From an uncultured Alphaproteobacteria bacterium (lineage in GTDB: Bacteria; Pseudomonadota; Alphaproteobacteria; RF32; CAG-239): DNA of 64,000 bases. The notes under the pieces are model-generated. The model was not told the DNA's origin. It searched no databases and saw nothing but the letters and a program-made list of their open reading frames with translations. Below are positions 1 through 9,268 of this stretch, piece after piece; position 1 is the first letter of the stretch; every line of letters starts with the position of its first letter. Location of the stretch: positions 5,550-69,549 of the forward strand of contig CALXRQ010000003.1 in the NCBI GenBank assembly GCA_944390895.1, read 5' to 3'. The position numbers were made by a program, and so were the translations under genes.

Positions 1-814
1 GGGGCAGAATTTCGTTGCGATAGGCTTCCGCTTCGTTTTTGAAGCGTTCCATGTCGGCTTTGGCGCGTTGCACTTCGTTGAACGCGTCCACCACCTGTTT
101 CGGCGGGTCGGCTTTTTGCAGTTTTACGCGGACAATCTGCACGCCGGAACCGAACTCGTCAAGCACCTTTTGCAGTTCTTCTTTGGTGTCGTCTTCAATT
201 TTTCCGCGGTCACCGGTAATAATCGGCTGCATTTCCGATTGTCCGACAATTTCGCGCAGAACTGACTGGGCTGCCACTCTGACCGTCTGATCCGGATCTC
301 TCATGTTAAACAGATAGTCTTGGGCGTTTTTAATCTTCCAGACGATGGTCAGGTTGATGTCGACAATGTTTTCGTCGCCGGTCAGCATATGGCTTTCGGT
401 AAAAGACTTCAGCGCGTCATTGCTGTAGTTTGCGCCGTTGCGGATTCCCCGGACGTTGCTGACGGCATAAGCTTCCTGCACGCCGAGATTAATGCTGCGT
501 TCCTGAGTAATGTTCACTTTTGTAACGTTTTCAATCGGGTAGGGAAGATGATAGTGCAAACCGGCTTCGGTCGTGTCCGCATATTTTCCGAATCTCAGAA
601 CCACGCCTTCCTCGTTGGGCTGAACCTGATAAAAACCGGAAGCCAGCCATACGGCGATGATAATGATGACAATCCATGAAATTCTGATGTCAAAACCCTG
701 CGGATTTTTGATGGTTTTAATATCAATAACTTTGGGTTTTTTGTTTTCTTTAGGGGGGTCGTTCCAGGGATTTTGATTATCGTTATTTCCCCACGGACCT
801 TCAACTTTTGCCAT
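1..814 (-). CDS. hflK: FtsH protease modulator HflK (SPFH/band-7), 3'-partial (runs off window start)
   Basis: Manual translation of - strand from ATG at 814: MAKVEGPWGNNDNQNPWNDPPKENKKPKVIDIKT...IIIAVWLASGFYQVQPNEEGVVLRFGKY...EAEAYRNEILP; open to position 1 with no stop. Not in ORF track, probably because it is edge-truncated. Matches the HflK N-terminus, TM segment and SPFH core. Confidence 0.8.
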   Translation of the reverse strand, partial: MAKVEGPWGNNDNQNPWNDPPKENKKPKVIDIKTIKNPQGFDIRISWIVIIIIAVWLASGFYQVQPNEEGVVLRFGKYADTTEAGLHYHLPYPIENVTKVNITQERSINLGVQEAYAVSNVRGIRNGANYSNDALKSFTESHMLTGDENIVDINLTIVWKIKNAQDYLFNMRDPDQTVRVAAQSVLREIVGQSEMQPIITGDRGKIEDDTKEELQKVLDEFGSGVQIVRVKLQKADPPKQVVDAFNEVQRAKADMERFKNEAEAYRNEILP

Positions 815-917
815 ATTTTACACCTCTAACTTTATTTATTGCTTTAAACATTTATATAATATAAATATATGAGCGGACATATCAAGAATATAGAGTTTTA
901 TCAACAGGACACTGACT

Positions 918-1916
918 ATGGAAGATCAAATCAGAGAAATTGCGCTCCGTTTTTTTAATCCCGGAAATATTGAAAGCATAAAGCTTTTCGGCCGGCGGGT
1001 CATTATCACCCTGCAAAACGCGGCGGAAGATTCCGCCAGGACCGAAGCTCTGAAACAGGCAGTTGCCGCGCTGGAGGGCGTGGATAAGGTCGCGGTTGTA
1101 TATACGGCGGTCAAAAAAGTGGAAAAACTGGCGCCGAAAACGGACAAATACGAAGTTTGCGGCGTTAAGAAGATAATCGGTGTCGCTTCCGGCAAAGGCG
1201 GCGTCGGCAAATCGACGACGGCGGTAAATCTGGCGCTGGCGTTGGCCAATCTGGGATTAAAAACCGCCATTTTCGATGCGGACATCTACGGGCCGTCCAT
1301 TCCGACGATGCTGGGATATGAGGGCGTGCCGCCGGTCAGTTTTGACGGAAAAATTTTTGAAGCTTTTGACTATCGCAATGTCAAATCAATGTCAATCGGC
1401 ACCCTGCTTGACAAGTCGCAGCCCCTTATTTGGCGCGGAGCCAAAGCATGTGGCGCAATTGAACAGTTGTTGACCGAAACCAACTGGGGCGAGGTGGACG
1501 TAATGGTGATTGATATGCCGCCCGGTACCGGCGACATCCAGATAACGCTTTCGCAGAAACTGGATTTAGATGGCGTGGTCATCGTTTCCACGCCGCAGGA
1601 CATTGCGCTGATAGACGCAGTCAAAGGCGTTAATATGTTCAAACGGGTAGATGTTCCGATTCTGGGTATTGTTGAAAATATGAGTTATTATATTTGTGAA
1701 AAATGCGGACATCGCGCGGATATCTTTGGGCATGAAGGCGCCAAAAAAACCGCGGAGGAAATCGGCGTCGATTTTCTGGGGGAAATTCCGTTGCATTATG
1801 CCATCCGAGAGAATGCCGACAATGGCACGCCGATTGTTTTTGCTGAACCCGAAAGCCCGCACACCAAGGCTTATGAAGACATTGCCGCCAAGGTAAAAGA
1901 CAAACTGGGATTATAG
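918..1916 (+). CDS. apbC: Mrp/ApbC/NBP35 family Fe-S cluster carrier ATPase
   Basis: 332 aa. Deviant Walker A GKGGVGKSTTAVNLALALA, CXXC motif (CEKCGH), N-terminal DUF59-like region. Confidence 0.88.
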   Translation: MEDQIREIALRFFNPGNIESIKLFGRRVIITLQNAAEDSARTEALKQAVAALEGVDKVAVVYTAVKKVEKLAPKTDKYEVCGVKKIIGVASGKGGVGKSTTAVNLALALANLGLKTAIFDADIYGPSIPTMLGYEGVPPVSFDGKIFEAFDYRNVKSMSIGTLLDKSQPLIWRGAKACGAIEQLLTETNWGEVDVMVIDMPPGTGDIQITLSQKLDLDGVVIVSTPQDIALIDAVKGVNMFKRVDVPILGIVENMSYYICEKCGHRADIFGHEGAKKTAEEIGVDFLGEIPLHYAIRENADNGTPIVFAEPESPHTKAYEDIAAKVKDKLGL

Positions 1917-1939
1917 TTCTGAACCTGTCGAGCATAAAC

Positions 1940-2170
1940 TGTCACCCAGAGCTTGTCGAAGGGGCTCGGCAATATTAATAAGGCTGAGATGGAGTTCGAC
2001 AACGATGTTGCTCACTCACTTCGTTCAGGATGACAATTTCAATCGATTGAGATGTTTCGCTGCGCTCAACATGACAGGTTTTATCGGTCGGGATGCTTCG
2101 ACAGGCTCAGCATGACAATTGTGGTAAGGCTGAGATGTTTCGACTTCACTTCGTTCCGCTCAACATGACA
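1940..2170. repeat. Cluster of short degenerate repeats (REP/MITE-like), copy A of a dispersed family
   Basis: Four copies of gctca(a/g)catgaca and two of aaggctgagatg. Bases 1940-1966 and 1981-2037 match 62654-62681 (same orientation) and 62700-62770 (inverted), with a few mismatches and a 15-nt duplication. Confidence 0.6.
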
Positions 2171-2177
2171 TTAGACA

Positions 2178-2218
2178 TAAAAAAACACCCCCGGATAAAT
2201 CCACCGGGGGTGTTTGAT
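2178..2218. terminator. Bidirectional rho-independent terminator between convergent mrp and the Cys-rich gene
   Basis: aaaaaaacaCCCCCGGataaatCCACCGGGGGTGtttgatttt: GC-rich hairpin flanked by an A-run and a T-run, so it works on both strands. Confidence 0.7.
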
Positions 2219-2226
2219 TTTATTAG

Positions 2227-3057
2227 TTATTTGTAAGTAACTCCTTTTTTGAAGACGACATCATTATCGTAAGTTTCCATATTACCTACGGTAAGTGTAT
2301 CTTCAAAAGTTGTCGTACCTGTACCGGCTAATACGTTGAGTGTATCAATGTTTGCCGGTTTTTTGAAAGTTACCGTGACATTGTCGCTGAATCCACCCAG
2401 ACCAGAAATCGTTAATTGTTGAACCTTGTATGTTTCGTTGAATGTTGTGTTTCCAAGAACCATACTGTTGGCAGTTTCAACCGGGACACTGATTTGGATG
2501 TTGCCGGTGGGTTTAAAACCAAGGCCTTCACCAGCTCCGATTAATTTGCTCTTTGGTACGTTAGAGCAATATTTACTGGCAGGTTCAACGTTAGAATTGA
2601 TCTGTGCAAAATTAACACTAATATCATTCATTAAAACGAGTACATCGGTAGCTTTGTACTTATCAGGATCATCATTTGAAGCCAGTTGGTCTCCAGAAGT
2701 GATTGGATAGTAGTTGGAGCCTAATGATTTAATCTTAGCAGCACATTCACCACCGGCATCTTCTACGCATTGACCGTTTTCGAGGTTATACCCGGCATTA
2801 CACTTGGTACACTGGGTACGGTTAGCGTCGTATTCGGCACAGTTGTCGATTTTGTCGCAGCGTTCGTATTTACCGCCGCAGGAAGCGCCGGCGAGAATGC
2901 CGTTACAGGTAGAGGCGTTATGGATAAATTTGGTAACCGAGCAAGGGCAGTTGCCTTCGCCTTGTTTGATATTGCTGACAATGCCGGTTTTGCTGTAACG
3001 GTAATCCGGGTATTGCTGGCCGGTGAAGTCTCCGCCGACGCCTTTTTTGAAGTTCAT
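2227..3057 (-). CDS. Cysteine-rich Gly/Asn/Thr-rich hypothetical protein, no recognisable domain; possibly the C-terminal part of a longer disrupted gene
   Basis: 276-aa ORF with many Cys in a CxxC-like context (NCPCSV, CTKCNAGYNLENGQC). Reading frame stays open upstream of the ATG (see 3058-3364). Confidence 0.5.
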   Translation of the reverse strand: MNFKKGVGGDFTGQQYPDYRYSKTGIVSNIKQGEGNCPCSVTKFIHNASTCNGILAGASCGGKYERCDKIDNCAEYDANRTQCTKCNAGYNLENGQCVEDAGGECAAKIKSLGSNYYPITSGDQLASNDDPDKYKATDVLVLMNDISVNFAQINSNVEPASKYCSNVPKSKLIGAGEGLGFKPTGNIQISVPVETANSMVLGNTTFNETYKVQQLTISGLGGFSDNVTVTFKKPANIDTLNVLAGTGTTTFEDTLTVGNMETYDNDVVFKKGVTYK

Positions 3058-3364
3058 GGTGGTAAACGGGTCATATTCAATAACGCCGGTTACCGTGACC
3101 AGATCGTCAAAAGTGATTGTACAGACACTGATTGCCCAGAGGCTCCTGATTGTTGGCTTTGCAGTTTGACGTTGAATATTTGTAGCCGGAACAGTCTGCG
3201 CCCTGATTGGCGTTGTATCCCATGTTGTTGCCGGTCGGGCCTACTTCGCTGTCCTTTATCTTCGGTAGCCATGTCAGGCCGGCTACATCATACGATGATG
3301 TAGACTTTAGGACCGAAATATCTAATGTGTGTGTGTTGGGAGGTATGCCAACATCATCATAGAT
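3058..3364 (-). pseudogene. Coding-like upstream extension of the Cys-rich gene in a shifted frame (frameshift, assembly error or decayed N-terminal part)
   Basis: - strand frame 3 from 3364 gives IYDDVGIPPNTHTLDISVLKSTSSYDVAGLTWLPKIKDSEVGPTGNNMGYNANQGADCSGYKYSTSNCKANNQEPLGNQCLYNHF*. It stops at about 3110 inside a T4 run. Frame 1 from about 3240 reads ...TITFDDLVTVTGVIEYDPFTT straight into MNFKKG at 3057. Composition matches the downstream protein. No in-frame ATG/GTG/TTG at the 5' end of the extension. Confidence 0.35.
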
Positions 3365-3471
3365 TTACAGAGATAAATAAATTTTTCACAAAACAGTAAC
3401 AAAACATCATAACTCCTTATGTTTTTCACATCTGGTGTTATGTCTATATTCTGTCTTTTGTTTACGAAGGA

Positions 3472-4800
3472 TTATTTTGTTTCGTCAGCCGTTTTTTGTT
3501 CGGAAATCCGGTTCAAAAGGTCTGTAATCTTCAGTTTCAGCGCGTTATTGCTTCTGGCTGCCGCTTGAGCCGACCGGGCCTGCCGTTCGGCAACCTTGAC
3601 GTTTCCCATTCTCAGACTGTACTCGGCGGCCGCATAATTGGAATAAGCCTCGTCTCCGAGCTCGCCGTAAGCCCGCGCCAAAAGCATCCAGTTCATCAGC
3701 GAAGGCTGCTTCAGGTTGGCCTGATTAAGCATTTTTACCGCTTTTTGCAAATCAGCCTTGGACGGATTGTCTTCAATAATGGCCTGTGCCGCGCTGACTT
3801 GCAGCAAAGCGGAAGACGGCATCAGCGCCAGCGCCTGCAGATATTCTCCTTTGGCCTGTTTAACTTTGCCGGTTTCAAGATAAATCTGGCCTTTAAGTTC
3901 TTTGAAAAACGGATTTTTCGGTTCCTGTTCAATTAAGCCGTTAATCGTTTTCAGGGCCGCAGGGATATTCAGCTGCTTAAAATAAGCGATTGTCTGCGCA
4001 TATCGCGCCGCAATGGAAGTGTTGCCGGACGGATAACGGCGGAAAGTCTGCTCCGGCGTTTCCAAAAAAGCCTGAAGTTTGGCTTTGACTCTCAAAAATT
4101 CTTCCTTGTCGGATTGAGTGTTTTTATACGGCGATGCGTTTACGGCCTGCTCCAGAAAGCCGATACGCTCTCTGGTAATCGGGTGTGTGCGGAAATAGGG
4201 GCTTTCTTCAATGCCGCTCAACTCGTTACGCCGGCTGATTCTTTTCATAAAACGCAGCATTCCCGCCGGCGACTGCCGCGTCTGCGCCAACAGTTTGACC
4301 GCGCTTTCGTCGGCGCTGCGTTCCTGCTCGGTGCGGTATTGCAGAAAATTGTTAAGCGTGGAAGACTGTCCGCCGAGGGCAATGGCCATGGCAACGTCTC
4401 CGCGGCCGGTTACGGCCGCCGTTGTTCCCGCCAGAATCATGGAAGCCAGGCTGGCTTGCTGCAAAGACTGGTTTTTAAGTTTTTGCCGGATAATATGTCC
4501 GCCCATAATGTGTCCCGTTTCATGCGCAATAACGCCGCGCAGTTCATCCGGTCCGTCTGCGGAAATAATGGTTCCGGTATTGATAAAAAGATCATTGCCG
4601 TCGCTGACAAAAGCGTTCAGTGTGTTGTCATTGACGATATGCAGTTTGTTGCGGTCAAACGGCACGCCGGCAGCCTTAAACAACGGACGGGTAATCTTTT
4701 GCAGAAACAGTTCCGTTTCTTCGTCAGATATCAGGCTTAACGCGCCGGCTTGCGGAATATTAATCATTAAAACGGCCAATGATAAGAACATTCCTTTCAT
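3472..4800 (-). CDS. bepA: Periplasmic M48 family metallopeptidase with C-terminal TPR repeats (BepA/YfgC-like)
   Basis: HEXXH motif (AHETGHIMGGH); C-terminal TPR-like repeats. Signal peptide MKGMFLSLAVLMINIPQAGA begins at the Met at 4800. The longer ORF start at 4860 would overlap the rne 3' end by 25 nt. Confidence 0.65.
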   Translation of the reverse strand: MKGMFLSLAVLMINIPQAGALSLISDEETELFLQKITRPLFKAAGVPFDRNKLHIVNDNTLNAFVSDGNDLFINTGTIISADGPDELRGVIAHETGHIMGGHIIRQKLKNQSLQQASLASMILAGTTAAVTGRGDVAMAIALGGQSSTLNNFLQYRTEQERSADESAVKLLAQTRQSPAGMLRFMKRISRRNELSGIEESPYFRTHPITRERIGFLEQAVNASPYKNTQSDKEEFLRVKAKLQAFLETPEQTFRRYPSGNTSIAARYAQTIAYFKQLNIPAALKTINGLIEQEPKNPFFKELKGQIYLETGKVKQAKGEYLQALALMPSSALLQVSAAQAIIEDNPSKADLQKAVKMLNQANLKQPSLMNWMLLARAYGELGDEAYSNYAAAEYSLRMGNVKVAERQARSAQAAARSNNALKLKITDLLNRISEQKTADETK

Positions 4801-4835
4801 CAGCCGCTTTAATGTCGGAAAACCGGTGCGGTTCG

Positions 4836-7361
4836 CTAACTTTTGATCAGTTTTTTCCACCAGGCAGTTTTCCCCTTGTTTTCCTTGTCTGCCGCTTTGG
4901 GGTCTTCCGCAGCGGAAGAGTTGTCTTCGTGACTGTTGTATAAGATAACTGCTTCCTGCTTTTTTTCACCGCCGTTTCTTCTTTCTCTGCCATTATTTTC
5001 CGGCTGAGATTCGGCGTTTGCCTCCTTGCGGCTGTCGTTTTCGCCGTTGCCGAAACGCCGCTCGCCGCGGTCGCGGCCTCTGCGGTTACGCCGGTCTCTG
5101 CGGTTGCGTCTGCCGCCGCGACGTCCGTTGTTTTCAGATATATCCTCGGCCGCACTGATTTCGGAATTTTCTTCACCGGCAGAAAAATCTTCGTTTTCAT
5201 CGGTTTCATCAACGGCCGGAATGTTTTTTTCTTCCTCGGCCGCCGCCGTTTTCACCGGAGCGCTTTTAATCCGTTCAATCCGATAGTCGGCAATGTTCTG
5301 AATCGTATCATCCGCACTGATGACAATGCTGATTTTATATTTCTGCTCCAGATTAATCAGCGCCTGACGCTTCTGGTTTAACAGATAAATGGCAACGTCG
5401 CCGGGAACAAAAACGTTGATTTTGGAAGAACGGTTTTTGATTCCTTCCTCTTCAATGCCGCGCAGAACAAAAACCGTGCTGGACTCAATGGTTCTGACCA
5501 TGCCCTGTCCGTGGCAGTGCGGACATATCTGATAGTTGCTTTCCATAAAGGAAGAATGCATTCTCTGGCGGGAGATTTCCAACAGGCCGAAGCAGCTCAT
5601 CTTAGCCACCTGAATCCGCGAACGGTCTTTTTTCAGGGCTTCTTTCATTCTTTTTTCAACCGCATGGTTGTTTGCCGGTTCTTCCATATCAATGAAGTCG
5701 ACGACAATCAAGCCGGCCAGATTGCGCATCCTCAACTGCTTGGCGATTTCGTCGCAGGCTTCAAGGTTGGTTTTGAGCGCGGTTTCTTCCAGATCTTTTT
5801 CTTTGGTCGCGCGTCCGGAGTTAACGTCAATGGCAACTAAGGCTTCGGTCGGATTGATAACCAGATAGCCGCCGGATTCGAGCTGAGCCGTTGCTTCGTG
5901 CAGCTTGTCCAGCTGTCCTTCAACCTGAAAACGTTGGAAGAGGGGCATTTCGTTGTTGCGGTAATGTTTGATTTTTTTCAGGCTGTGCGGTGACAGGATC
6001 CTGAAAAATTCCCTTGCCGTTTTATAGCCCTCGTCGCCGGCAACCATAATCTCGGATATTTCTTTGGTATAGATATCGCGCAGGGCGCGTTTGATGAGGT
6101 TGCCCTCTTCGTGGATCATGGCCGGAGCCTTGGCTTTCAGAGAAGCCAGACGGATCATGTTCCAACTGCGGATTAAATAGTTGTAATCGCGGACGATGTC
6201 CGATTTTGTCTTTTCTTCGCCGGCAGTGCGGACAATGAGCGACATATCGGTGCTGAGCGGGAGTTCTTTGACGATTCCTTTCAGACGCTTGCGGTCCGTC
6301 ACATTGGTAATTTTTCTGGAAACCCCGCCGCTTTTGATGCGATTCGGCATCAGAACGCAGTAACGTCCGGCCAGAGACAGATACGTGGTCAAAGCCGCGC
6401 CTTTGTTGCCGCGTTCTTCTTTTACCACCTGCACCAGCAAAATCTGGCCTTCCTTGATAACGTCCTGAATCTTGCTCTTATGGTAAAGTTTGCGCGCTTT
6501 CAGCAGTTTTTTCTGAACTTCAAAGTCCATCTCCTGCTCATCGTCGTCGTCATCTTCGACATCCAGATCGTTGTTGTCGTCGCCTCCGCATTTTTCGGCG
6601 CATTCTTCCGCATCTTCACAGACGCACTCGTCTTCAAGCCCGGTTGCCTCAGCCATGACTTTCAGTTCTTCTTCTTTTTTCTTGCGGATTCTTTTCTTAG
6701 CCACCCGTTTTTTCAGAGGATGCTTTTTGCCTTCTTCTTCGGCAACCGCGGCAATCTCTTCGTCACTGATTTTTATTTCTTCTTCCGCGGGAACTTCTTT
6801 TGCAGCCGGCTGTTCATCGGCTTGTTCTGCCGCCGGAGGCGTTTCCGAAAAGCTTTCCTGTGTGCTGTCCGTTTCGGCAGTGGCCGGTGCCGCATCTTCG
6901 GTCAAAACCGGAGCGTTTGCCTCTTCTTGAGCCGCCGCTTCTCTGGCTTTTTGTTCTTCGGCTTCGCGAGCCGCCTTTTCAGCCATTTTCTGAGCATAGG
7001 CCGCGGCTTTTTCCTCGCGGATTCTTTCTCTCTCCGCTTCCCGCTCCTTGATGGCCTGTTTTTTTGCCTCAATAATGTCGTTGACCTCTTTTTCTACGGC
7101 TTCAATTTCTTCTTTGGGAAGCGTATAATAATCGGGATGTATTTCGCCGAAAGCAAGAAAACCGTGCTTGTTGCCGCCATAATCGACAAAGCAGGCTTGC
7201 AGGGAAGGTTCTACCCGCATGACCTTGGCCAGATAAATGTTTCCTTTGATTTGTTTTCTGTGACTGGTTTCGAACTCAACGTCTTCCAGTTTGTTGCCGT
7301 TAATGACAACAACCCGGGTTTCCTCGTCCTGAGTGCTGTCGATAAGCATTCTTTTTGTCAT
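4836..7361 (-). CDS. rne: Ribonuclease E
   Basis: N-terminus MTKRMLIDSTQDEETRVVVINGNKLEDVEFE... (S1 domain). Large acidic insert with CVCEDAEECAEKC. Zn-link CPHCHGQG. C-terminal Arg-rich RRGGRRNRRDRRNRRGRDRGERR. Start chosen at the MTKRM Met (7361), which has a GGAG SD; the ORF track starts 16 codons earlier. Confidence 0.88.
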   Translation of the reverse strand: MTKRMLIDSTQDEETRVVVINGNKLEDVEFETSHRKQIKGNIYLAKVMRVEPSLQACFVDYGGNKHGFLAFGEIHPDYYTLPKEEIEAVEKEVNDIIEAKKQAIKEREAERERIREEKAAAYAQKMAEKAAREAEEQKAREAAAQEEANAPVLTEDAAPATAETDSTQESFSETPPAAEQADEQPAAKEVPAEEEIKISDEEIAAVAEEEGKKHPLKKRVAKKRIRKKKEEELKVMAEATGLEDECVCEDAEECAEKCGGDDNNDLDVEDDDDDEQEMDFEVQKKLLKARKLYHKSKIQDVIKEGQILLVQVVKEERGNKGAALTTYLSLAGRYCVLMPNRIKSGGVSRKITNVTDRKRLKGIVKELPLSTDMSLIVRTAGEEKTKSDIVRDYNYLIRSWNMIRLASLKAKAPAMIHEEGNLIKRALRDIYTKEISEIMVAGDEGYKTAREFFRILSPHSLKKIKHYRNNEMPLFQRFQVEGQLDKLHEATAQLESGGYLVINPTEALVAIDVNSGRATKEKDLEETALKTNLEACDEIAKQLRMRNLAGLIVVDFIDMEEPANNHAVEKRMKEALKKDRSRIQVAKMSCFGLLEISRQRMHSSFMESNYQICPHCHGQGMVRTIESSTVFVLRGIEEEGIKNRSSKINVFVPGDVAIYLLNQKRQALINLEQKYKISIVISADDTIQNIADYRIERIKSAPVKTAAAEEEKNIPAVDETDENEDFSAGEENSEISAAEDISENNGRRGGRRNRRDRRNRRGRDRGERRFGNGENDSRKEANAESQPENNGRERRNGGEKKQEAVILYNSHEDNSSAAEDPKAADKENKGKTAWWKKLIKS

Positions 7362-7849
7362 ATAATAACTCCGCTCTGCCACCATCCTCGGATGATGAAA
7401 ATATACCACTGCAGAAGAGCGTATCCAAAAGATTCGGCAATGCCTGACAGTCTGAAACGGCTGTCTTTCGTTACCCTGATATCCGCCTGTATCGGCGTTT
7501 TCAAAAACTCTTTTACCGGCCGCGCAAAACTCTCAAAACTCTTGTCATATCAGCGGCTTCGGCACGGACACTGTCCTGCAAAAACTTTTCCTTTAAGTCG
7601 TAAGGTGCCGGTTTTGTCTTAAAAAAATCTGCGAACAAACCGCGGTACCCGTTTCCGTCCGGCTGTTGTTTGTTAATTGATTGAGGGCGGAAACCGATAC
7701 ATAAAATCCTCACAACTTGTAATTAAAATATACGAAATGTTTTAAAACACAATAACTATTATAAAATATATTCCGATTTTTTTAAGAGATTGGTAATAAG
7801 TCTGCCGTATAATCAATTAAAGAATAGGAACAGGTTGTAGAGAAAGCAG

Positions 7850-9109
7850 ATGCCGGATTTGCTGAAAAAAATAAACGTTTTTTTCAAGCGGAAAGCCATA
7901 CGTTGGCTTCCGTGTTTTTTGCTGTGCGTGCTGTCTTTGTTCAATGTTCCCGATGCCTGCGCCGGCATTTCGGACATACGGGTCGGGCAAGGAGTGGGAT
8001 CCGTCCGCATTGTTTTTGATTCGGACCAGAAGTTTGATTATAAGGTTTTTCTTCTGAGCGATCCCAAACGTCTGATTATCGATACCCAGAACGTTAAGGT
8101 TAATCCTCAGATTGTAAAAAAACTTGATGCCAATAATTTTATTTCGGATCCGCGTTTGGGAACGGTAGGTGTGGACGATGTTCGCATAGCTTTTAATCTG
8201 CGCAAGCCGGTTATTGTCAAAAAAGCCTTTCTTTTGCCGCCGCAGAGCAGCTTCGGCTGGCGCTTTGTCGTTGATTTGGAGCTGGCGTCCGAACGGGAGT
8301 TTGCGTCCAAACTGGGCAGTCGCAATGCTTTTACCAACGATTCTTATACCGAAAGCAAAATCGTTTCCAAAGCCTCTTCCAACAGCAAAGCGCAAAGCAT
8401 AAAAGACAGTAACGCCAAAAAGATTATTGTTCTGGACCCCGGTCATGGCGGTCAGGATCCTGGAGCCATCGGCTATTCCGGCGTCTATGAAAAGAACATT
8501 ACTCTGGCAATGGGACGCGAGCTTAAAGCTTTGCTGGATAAAAGCGGGAAATATAAAGTGTATCTGACCCGCAACACCGACAAGTTTATTCCTCTCCGCG
8601 ACCGGGTTAAAATTGCCCGCCGCTATAAAGCGGACCTGTTTATGTCCATTCACGCCGACAGCGCCTTGAACCGCAAGGCCAAGGGGCTGTCGGTTTACAC
8701 CTTGTCCGAAACGGCGTCCGATAAGGAAGCCGCGGCGCTGGCCGAACGTGAAAACAAGGCGGACGTCATTGCCGGGCTGAATCTGGTCGAACACTCCAAG
8801 GAGGTGTCTGATATCCTGATTAACCTGGCACAGCGGGAAACGATGAACCGTTCGTCGGAATTTGCCAGTTTTATGGTGCAGGAAATGAAAAAATCGGTCA
8901 AACTGGTGTCCAATACACACCGCTTTGCAGGCTTTGCCGTGCTTAAAGCGCCGGACATTCCGGCCGTTCTGCTTGAAATGGGATATCTTTCCAATCGTCA
9001 GGAAGAAAAGCTTCTGCAACAGAAGTCCTACCGGAAAAAACTGGCGGAATCTACTGTCGAGGCTATTGATAAATACTTTGAAAATATGCGTCACGCATCC
9101 GTTTTTTAA
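7850..9109 (+). CDS. amiC: N-acetylmuramoyl-L-alanine amidase (Amidase_3) with N-terminal AMIN domain and signal peptide
   Basis: Signal peptide ...CVLSLFNVPDACA. AMIN-like segment. Catalytic core VLDPGHGGQDPGA...FMSIHADS...EMGYLSN. Confidence 0.82.
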   Translation: MPDLLKKINVFFKRKAIRWLPCFLLCVLSLFNVPDACAGISDIRVGQGVGSVRIVFDSDQKFDYKVFLLSDPKRLIIDTQNVKVNPQIVKKLDANNFISDPRLGTVGVDDVRIAFNLRKPVIVKKAFLLPPQSSFGWRFVVDLELASEREFASKLGSRNAFTNDSYTESKIVSKASSNSKAQSIKDSNAKKIIVLDPGHGGQDPGAIGYSGVYEKNITLAMGRELKALLDKSGKYKVYLTRNTDKFIPLRDRVKIARRYKADLFMSIHADSALNRKAKGLSVYTLSETASDKEAAALAERENKADVIAGLNLVEHSKEVSDILINLAQRETMNRSSEFASFMVQEMKKSVKLVSNTHRFAGFAVLKAPDIPAVLLEMGYLSNRQEEKLLQQKSYRKKLAESTVEAIDKYFENMRHASVF

Positions 9110-9268
9110 TATGATGTCGGCGTTGCGGAAATGCTCTCGCCGGCCGTATGCGTTTTTTTACGGAATAACTTTGTGTTAAAGTACAAAATTGTTTTGGCTT
9201 TTAAAATTAAATGTTTTATAAGATTCTCTGCGTATACGAATAATTTATCATGATAAAACAGGGTTAAG

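Noticed and set aside
39-679. Three + strand ORFs (83, 65 and 119 aa) at the window start
   Set aside because: They lie antisense inside the hflK coding region, which has a strong SPFH-domain translation on the - strand.
6480-7622. 380-aa + strand ORF antisense to rne
   Set aside because: Translation is poly-F/poly-S low complexity (FFFFFLADSF...). It mirrors the acidic/Lys-rich RNase E insert on the opposite strand.
7817-9094. 425-aa - strand ORF antisense to amiC
   Set aside because: amiC on the + strand has signal peptide, AMIN and Amidase_3 motifs. The antisense ORF has none and is Arg/Phe-rich.
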